Under the pieces are notes generated by a model. The model made no database searches, was not told the DNA's origin, and worked only from the letters and a program-made list of their open reading frames with translations. A DNA stretch of 32,000 nucleotides, taken from positions 1 through 32,000 of the forward strand of contig NZ_JHXR01000011.1 in the NCBI RefSeq assembly GCF_000621645.1, read 5' to 3'. This DNA is from Vibrio cholerae ATCC 14035 (GTDB lineage: Bacteria > Pseudomonadota > Gammaproteobacteria > Enterobacterales > Vibrionaceae). Below, one piece after another: positions 26,702 through 32,000 of the stretch. The translations under genes and the position numbers were made by a program. Each line of letters starts with the position of its first letter. Within the stretch, counting starts at the first letter, position 1.

Positions 26702-27044
26702 ACGCGGTTTTACTTTGCTTGAAGTGCTGGTCGCGCTGGCAATTTTTGCTACCGCGGCGATCAGTGTGATCCGCTCGGTCAGTCAACACATCAATACGGT
26801 CAATTATCTTGAAGAGAAGATGTTTGCGGCCATGGTCGTGGATAACCAAATGGCGCAAGTGATGCTCAATCCGCAATCTTTAGCGGCGCGTGAGGGCAGT
26901 GAGCAGATGGCCGGACGGACTTGGTACTGGAAGCTGAGTCCTGTCAAAACCGCCGACAATCTGCTCAAAGCCTTTGATGTCAGTGTCGCCACAGAAAAAG
27001 GCGCGACCCCAGTCGTGACGGTGCGTAGCTATGTGGCGAACTAA
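26691..27044 (+). CDS. epsI: Minor pseudopilin GspI
   Basis: Leader MKSKRG|FTLLEVLVALAIF. I chose ATG 26691 (GGAGAAAG Shine-Dalgarno sequence just upstream) rather than the track start 26655. It overlaps the epsH 3' end by 11 nt. Confidence 0.92.
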   Translation: MKSKRGFTLLEVLVALAIFATAAISVIRSVSQHINTVNYLEEKMFAAMVVDNQMAQVMLNPQSLAAREGSEQMAGRTWYWKLSPVKTADNLLKAFDVSVATEKGATPVVTVRSYVAN

Positions 27045-27696
27045 CCAAGTATCTTCTCGCCAGAATATGGCGGGCTTTACTTTGATTGAAGTGTTGGTGG
27101 CGATTGCGATTTTCGCGAGCTTGAGTGTGGGCGCCTATCAGGTGCTCAATCAAGTCCAACGCAGCAATGAAATTTCTGCCGAGCGCACCGCGCGTTTGGC
27201 TGAATTGCAACGCGCCATGGTGATCATGGATGCCGATTTTCGGCAGATGGCCCTGCGCCAATTTCGCACCGATGGCGAAGCGCCGAGTGAGCAAATCCTA
27301 CAATGGAAAGAATCGCTGCTCGATTCGGATCAGCACGGTTTGTTGTTTGTACGCTTGGGTTGGCATAACCCACAGCAACAATTTCCACGCGGTGAAGTGG
27401 CGAAAGTCGGTTACCGCCTGTTTGAAAACCGCTTAGAGCGGGTCTGGTGGCGCTACCCAGATACTCCAGCGGGGCAGCAAGGGCTGATCTCTCCGTTGTT
27501 AACTGGGGTGGAAGATTGGGCAGTACAGTTTTATTTGCAAGGTGAATGGAGTAAGGAGTGGGTGCCCACTAACGCCTTGCCTGAAGCCGTGAAAGTGACC
27601 TTGCGCCTAAAAGATTACGGTGAGATTGAGCGGATATACCTTACAGGGGGCGGTTCACTCAATATGACGCAAGAGAGTGTTGAAAATGCGGGCTAA
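27031..27696 (+). CDS. epsJ: Minor pseudopilin GspJ
   Basis: The ATG start gives [15 protein letters not shown]|[13 protein letters not shown], 221 aa. It overlaps epsI by 14 nt. The internal Met at 27067 is a possible alternative start. Confidence 0.9.
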
Positions 27697-28696
27697 ACAG
27701 CGCGGCGTGGCGTTAATTGTGATTCTGCTCCTGCTGGCGGTGATGGTCTCGATTGCTGCGACCATGGCCGAACGTCTGTTTAGTCAGTTTCAGCGTGCCA
27801 CGCATCAGCTCAACTATCAGCAGGCTTATTGGTACAGTCTTGGCGTCGAAGCGCTAGCGAAAAAAGGCATTGAGCAGAGCTACCAAGACAGTGAAACCAT
27901 CAATTTGAGTCAGCCTTGGGCTTTGAAAGAGCAAACTTATCCGCTCGATTACGGACAGGTGCGCGGCAAAATCCGCGATATGCAAGCTTGCTTTAATCTC
28001 AATGCACTCGCGGGGGTAAAGCTCACGCCAGACAGCGTGAAAAAACCGTATTTGCTGACGGTGCTGCAAGCGCTGCTTGAAGGGCTGGAAGTGGAGAGTT
28101 ATCAAGCGGAAGTGATTGCCGATTCGACGTTAGAGTTTATTGATAAAGATGACTCTGTACGCACCGCTTATGGGGTGGAAGACAGTTACTATGAATCGAT
28201 GATCCCGGCCTATATGGCGGCGGATACTTGGTTGGCCGATGCGAGCGAGTGGCGTGCGGTACAGCAAGTGGGGGGAGAAACGATGAATAAAGCCTTACCT
28301 TATGTGTGTGCGTTGCCAACCGATCAATGGCGCTTGAATGTGAACACGTTACCCGCTGAGCAAGCGGCACTGCTGGCGGCCATGTTTAGCCCAACATTGA
28401 GTCCGGAAAGCGCGAAAACCTTGCTCGAAGGGCGGCCTTTCGATGGTTGGGCGAGTGTGGATGATTTTCTTGCCCAATCGGCACTCACCGGAGTGGATAA
28501 CGCGGTGCGTGAGGAAGCGAAGAAATACCTCAGTGTAGATAGCCATTATTTTGAATTAGATGCACAGGTGCTGGTCGATACGTCTCGCGTGCGGATCCGC
28601 AGCCTGTTTTACAGTAACGATAAGAAAACTGCGACGGTGATACGCCGCCGCTTTGGAGGGATCAGTGAGCGAGTTTCTGACCGTTCGACTGAGTAG
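27686..28696 (+). CDS. epsK: Minor pseudopilin GspK
   Basis: The N-terminus [24 protein letters not shown] is a GspK-type leader lacking Glu+5. The protein is 336 aa from ATG 27686; the track start is GTG 27677. It overlaps epsJ by 11 nt. Confidence 0.92.
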
Positions 28697-29876
28697 TCAA
28701 AAAGAGGCCGATATCCCTTGGCTGGTTTGGTCTGCCGAGCAGCAAGAAGTGATTGCCAGCGGCCAAGTGGCTGGTTGGGAAGCCTTGCATGAAATTGAGT
28801 CTTATGCTGATCAGCGCAGCGTAGTGGTATTACTGGCGGCGAGTGATTTGATTTTAACGTCAGTGGAGATCCCGCCCGGCGCTTCTCGTCAGCTTGAAAA
28901 TATGCTGCCGTATTTGTTAGAAGATGAAATCGCCCAAGATGTGGAAGATGTGCACTTTTGTGTGCTGAGTAAAGGACGAGAAACGGCGGATGTGGTCGGT
29001 GTCGATCGTCTTTGGCTGCGCGCTTGCTTAGATCATCTCAAAGCGTGCGGTTTTGATGTGAAGCGCGTATTGCCTGATGTACTGGCGATCCCTCGCCCAG
29101 AGCACGGTTTAGCTGCCCTGCAATTGGGTGATGAGTGGTTAGTGCGTAAAAGCACTACGCAAGGGATGGCAGTGGACGCGCAGTGGTTAAGCTTACTGGC
29201 CGCTTCCGATTGGGTGCAGAATGAGGGTGAGTATTTGCCTTTGCAAGCGCTCACGCCGCTTCCAGAGCTGAGCTTAGCCGAAACCCAAGAGTGGCGTTAT
29301 GAGCCGAGCGGTTTAGTCATGCAACTGCTGACTCAGGAGGCCTTAACCAGCAAGTTCAACTTGCTGACGGGGAGTTTTAAACTCAAGTCTTCTTGGCTGC
29401 GGTATTGGCAAATATGGCGCAAAGTGGCGATCGCTGCTGGGCTATTTGTCGCGGTATCCATCAGTTATTCGCTGTTTCAGGCGCATCAATACGAAGCACA
29501 AGCGGACGCTTACCGCGCGGAAAGTGAGCGGATTTTCCGCAGCATCTTCCCTGATAAACAGAAAATCCCGACCGTGACTTATTTGAAAAGACAGATGAGT
29601 GATGAGATGGCGCGTTTATCTGGCGGTGCCAGTGTGGGCAGCGTTTTGAAGTGGCTAAGCCCGTTGCCTGAGGCTTTGAAAGGGGTCAATCTACAACTGC
29701 AAAGCATCAAATTTGACAGTAACCGCAGTGAGATTCGCCTAGAAGCGACCAGTCGTGATTTCCAAAGTTTTGAACAAGCTCGCACTCAGCTTGAGCAGTA
29801 TTTTGCTGTTGAACAGGGGCAGCTCAATAAAAATGGCGAGCAAGTGTTTGGCGTGTTTGTGGTGAAGCCCAAGTAA
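28665..29876 (+). CDS. epsL: Type II secretion bitopic inner-membrane protein GspL
   Basis: It has an actin-like cytoplasmic domain ([21 protein letters not shown]...), a single TM segment ([18 protein letters not shown]) and a periplasmic domain. GTG 28665 follows GGAGGG by 4 nt, so I prefer it. The track start TTG 28653 would add 4 codons and remains possible. Confidence 0.9.
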
Positions 29877-29885
29877 GGAGAAATG

Positions 29886-30383
29886 ATGAAAGAATTATTG
29901 GCTCCTGTGCAGGCTTGGTGGCGAAGTGTCACCCCTCGTGAGCAAAAGATGGTAATGGGCATGGGCGCGCTGACGGTACTCGCTATCGCTTATTGGGGAA
30001 TATGGCAGCCTTTGAGTGAGCGTACCGCCCAAGCTCAAGCACGATTACAAACCGAAAAACAGCTACTGAGTTGGGTTAGTGAAAACGCCAACGACATCGT
30101 AACGCTCCGTGCGCAAGGGGGCAGTGATGCGCCAAGCGATCAACCACTCAATCAGGTGATCACTAACTCGACGCGTCAGTTCAATATTGAGCTGATCCGC
30201 GTGCAGCCGCGCGGCGAAATGATGCAGGTCTGGATCCAACCGCTACCGTTTTCGCAATTGGTCTCATGGATTGCGTATTTGCAAGAGCGCCAAGGGGTGA
30301 GCGTGGATGCGATTGATATTGACCGTGGTAAAGTGAACGGCGTTGTGGAAGTCAAACGTCTGCAACTGAAGCGTGGAGGCTGA
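29886..30383 (+). CDS. epsM: Type II secretion protein GspM
   Basis: 165-166 aa with a single TM segment (MVMGMGALTVLAIAYWGIW). There are tandem ATG codons at 29883 and 29886. The AAGGAG spacing favours 29886. Confidence 0.92.
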   Translation: MKELLAPVQAWWRSVTPREQKMVMGMGALTVLAIAYWGIWQPLSERTAQAQARLQTEKQLLSWVSENANDIVTLRAQGGSDAPSDQPLNQVITNSTRQFNIELIRVQPRGEMMQVWIQPLPFSQLVSWIAYLQERQGVSVDAIDIDRGKVNGVVEVKRLQLKRGG

Positions 30384-30384
30384 T

Positions 30385-31143
30385 ATGAAGCGTGCTGTTG
30401 GCTATGGTCTGTTATTTTCCACAGTGTTAATGACCAGCGTGGTCGTGCATTTGCCTGCCCAAGTGGCGCTTAGCCCGCTACCGCTGCCTGAAGGTTTAGA
30501 GCTCACTGGTATAGAGGGTACTCTGTGGCAAGGTCAAGCCGCGCAAGTTCGTTGGCAAGGCATGAGCCTAGGCGATCTCAACTGGGATCTCCACCTCTCG
30601 GCGTTACTGTTGGGGCAGTTGGAGGCGGATATCCGCTTTGGCCGCGGTAGCAGCACACAACTAAGAGGGAAAGGTGTCGTGGGGGTCGGTTTGAGTGGTC
30701 CCTATGCCGATGATTTTTTACTCTCCTTACCGGCTGCGCAAGCCATTACTTGGCTACCGCTACCGGTACCACTGATGGCGCAAGGGCAGTTGGAGATGGC
30801 CGTCAAACAGTACCGCTTTGGTGAGCCTTACTGCCAGCAAGCCGAAGGCAGCTTAGCTTGGTCAGCCGCGCAGCTAGAATCGCCGATTGGTGCGCTGCAG
30901 CTTGGTACTGTCGTGTCGGATTTTACCTGCCAAGAGAGCGTTGTGACCCTGAAAGGTGGCCAAAAAACTGCGCAGGTGAGCAGTGAATTTAACCTCAGTT
31001 TACAGCCGGACAATCGCTATCAAGCACAAGCGTGGTTTAAACCAGAAGCTGAATTTCCTGAGAGTTTAAAGGAGCAGTTGAGCTGGCTACCGCAGCCTGA
31101 TGGGCAAGGTCGCTATCCGTTCAATCAACAAGGTCAGCTCTAG
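30385..31143 (+). CDS. epsN: Type II secretion protein GspN
   Basis: 252 aa from ATG 30385, with a GTGGAGG Shine-Dalgarno sequence upstream. The N-terminal anchor is GYGLLFSTVLMTSVVV. This is the last gene of the operon. The track start is GTG 30373. Confidence 0.9.
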   Translation: MKRAVGYGLLFSTVLMTSVVVHLPAQVALSPLPLPEGLELTGIEGTLWQGQAAQVRWQGMSLGDLNWDLHLSALLLGQLEADIRFGRGSSTQLRGKGVVGVGLSGPYADDFLLSLPAAQAITWLPLPVPLMAQGQLEMAVKQYRFGEPYCQQAEGSLAWSAAQLESPIGALQLGTVVSDFTCQESVVTLKGGQKTAQVSSEFNLSLQPDNRYQAQAWFKPEAEFPESLKEQLSWLPQPDGQGRYPFNQQGQL

Positions 31144-31160
31144 GATGTGTTATCCCATTC

Positions 31161-31190
31161 ATTTCACGCCCAACTGGGCGTGAAATTTTA
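31161..31190 (+). terminator. Rho-independent terminator of the eps operon, placed between convergent epsN and cysQ
   Basis: An 11-bp perfect stem, atttcacgccc-aact-gggcgtgaaat, followed by tttta. Confidence 0.85.
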
Positions 31191-31194
31191 TCGG

Positions 31195-32000
31195 CTAGTC
31201 TTTGATTTTTAAGATCTCATTCCAAGGTAAATCCGCATCACCAAGCACGATGAAGTTCGGGTTTTCCAAGGTTTCCCGCTCATTGTACGAGAGGGGCGAT
31301 AATTGAGTGCTCAGAATGCGCCCACCCGCTTCTTCGACAATGCACTGGGTTGCGGCGGTATCCCATTCGCCAGTTGGACCAAGGCGCAGATAGCAATCTA
31401 CCGCACCTTCTGCCACTAAGCAGGCTTTCAGTGCTGCAGAGCCCAGTGGCACCAAGTCATAATTCCAAGCACTGCTTAAACGGCGCGTGATTTTGTTGAT
31501 GTCTTGGCGACGGCTGATGGCAATCGCGATCGAGCTGCTCGGCAGCTCATGTTTGTGAGTCTGAATTTTGAGGCTCTGCGCCATGTCGGGGATCTTCCAC
31601 GCCCCTTTGCCTGCGTAAGCGTAGTAAGTCACACCAGAAACGGGGCCATACACCACCCCCATCACCGGATGGTTATTTTCCACGAGCGCAATGATGGTCG
31701 CGAAGTCGCCGCTACGTGCGATGAACTCTTGAGTGCCATCCAGCGGATCCACCAGCCAATAGCGCTGCCATGTTTCGCGAGTGGCAAGGTCGATATTGGC
31801 TTCTTCCTCCGAGAGGATCGGAATATCAGGGGTCAGCTCGCGCAACTGCTCACACAGAAACTTATGTGCGGCTAAATCGGCGCTGGTGACAGGCGTTGAA
31901 TCACTTTTGGTGAAGGCTTCATAAGATTTATTTTGATAGATATCGAGGATGAGTTGCCCTGCCGCTCGCGCGATGTTAATGACATCGGGCAGTAAGTGCG
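31195..32000 (-). CDS. cysQ: 3'(2'),5'-bisphosphate nucleotidase CysQ; the 5' end lies beyond the window
   Basis: Inositol-monophosphatase family motifs are present: WLVDPLDGTQEF and GEWDTAA. The track ORF begins at an internal TTG (31845). My hand translation of the same frame stays open to position 32000 (...VINIARAAGQLILDIYQNKSYEAFTKSDSTPVTSADLAAHKFLCEQLRELTPD...), and this matches the CysQ N-terminal region. Confidence 0.9.
   Translation of the reverse strand, partial: HLLPDVINIARAAGQLILDIYQNKSYEAFTKSDSTPVTSADLAAHKFLCEQLRELTPDIPILSEEEANIDLATRETWQRYWLVDPLDGTQEFIARSGDFATIIALVENNHPVMGVVYGPVSGVTYYAYAGKGAWKIPDMAQSLKIQTHKHELPSSSIAIAISRRQDINKITRRLSSAWNYDLVPLGSAALKACLVAEGAVDCYLRLGPTGEWDTAATQCIVEEAGGRILSTQLSPLSYNERETLENPNFIVLGDADLPWNEILKIKD

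Noticed and set aside
1-32000. Scan of the whole window for CRISPR arrays, IS/transposon ends, integron attC (VCR) repeats, phage or defence-system gene signatures, and an obviously atypical-composition segment
   Set aside because: None found by eye. All long ORFs are accounted for by conserved housekeeping or T2SS genes, and the intergenic gaps are short and explained by promoters and terminators. I therefore do not claim a novel system.

Overview
This window looks like ordinary core chromosome from Vibrio cholerae or a very close relative. I base that on direct recognition of the translated proteins; I could not run a search. Every gap between genes is short. I found no integrase, transposase, CRISPR array, phage module or toxin/defence-like cassette, and no obvious compositional island.

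Gene order, left to right:
- The distal end of an rrn operon: 5S rRNA, tRNA-Asp(GUC) and a terminator.
- On the minus strand: add (adenosine deaminase), then a membrane Cache-HAMP-GGDEF-EAL sensor, ntrC, ntrB, a secreted DUF4124 protein and glnA. glnA has a sigma54 glnAp2-type promoter and NtrC enhancer boxes.
- On the plus strand: typA/bipA, a small P-loop ATPase, yihY, dtd and yiiD(fabY).
- On the minus strand: an AsmA-like envelope protein, pckA, hslO and hslR. hslR has a sigma32-type promoter.
- On the plus strand: the complete, well-known type II secretion operon epsC-D-E-F-G-H-I-J-K-L-M-N.
- A convergent cysQ that runs off the window end.

I do not see a convincing undescribed multi-gene system here. 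The observations most worth a second look are regulatory or uncharacterised single genes:
- A 41-bp palindrome centred on a consensus NtrC box in front of ntrB.
- The secreted DUF4124 protein embedded in the glnA-ntrBC unit.
- The GGDEF-EAL sensor 40 nt downstream of ntrC with no terminator between them.
- Tandem decamer repeats and a PurR-like palindrome in the pckA leader and promoter region.
- Palindromes in the hslR/epsC divergent control region.

The ORF track accepts GTG and TTG starts, so I re-assigned several starts to better-supported codons.
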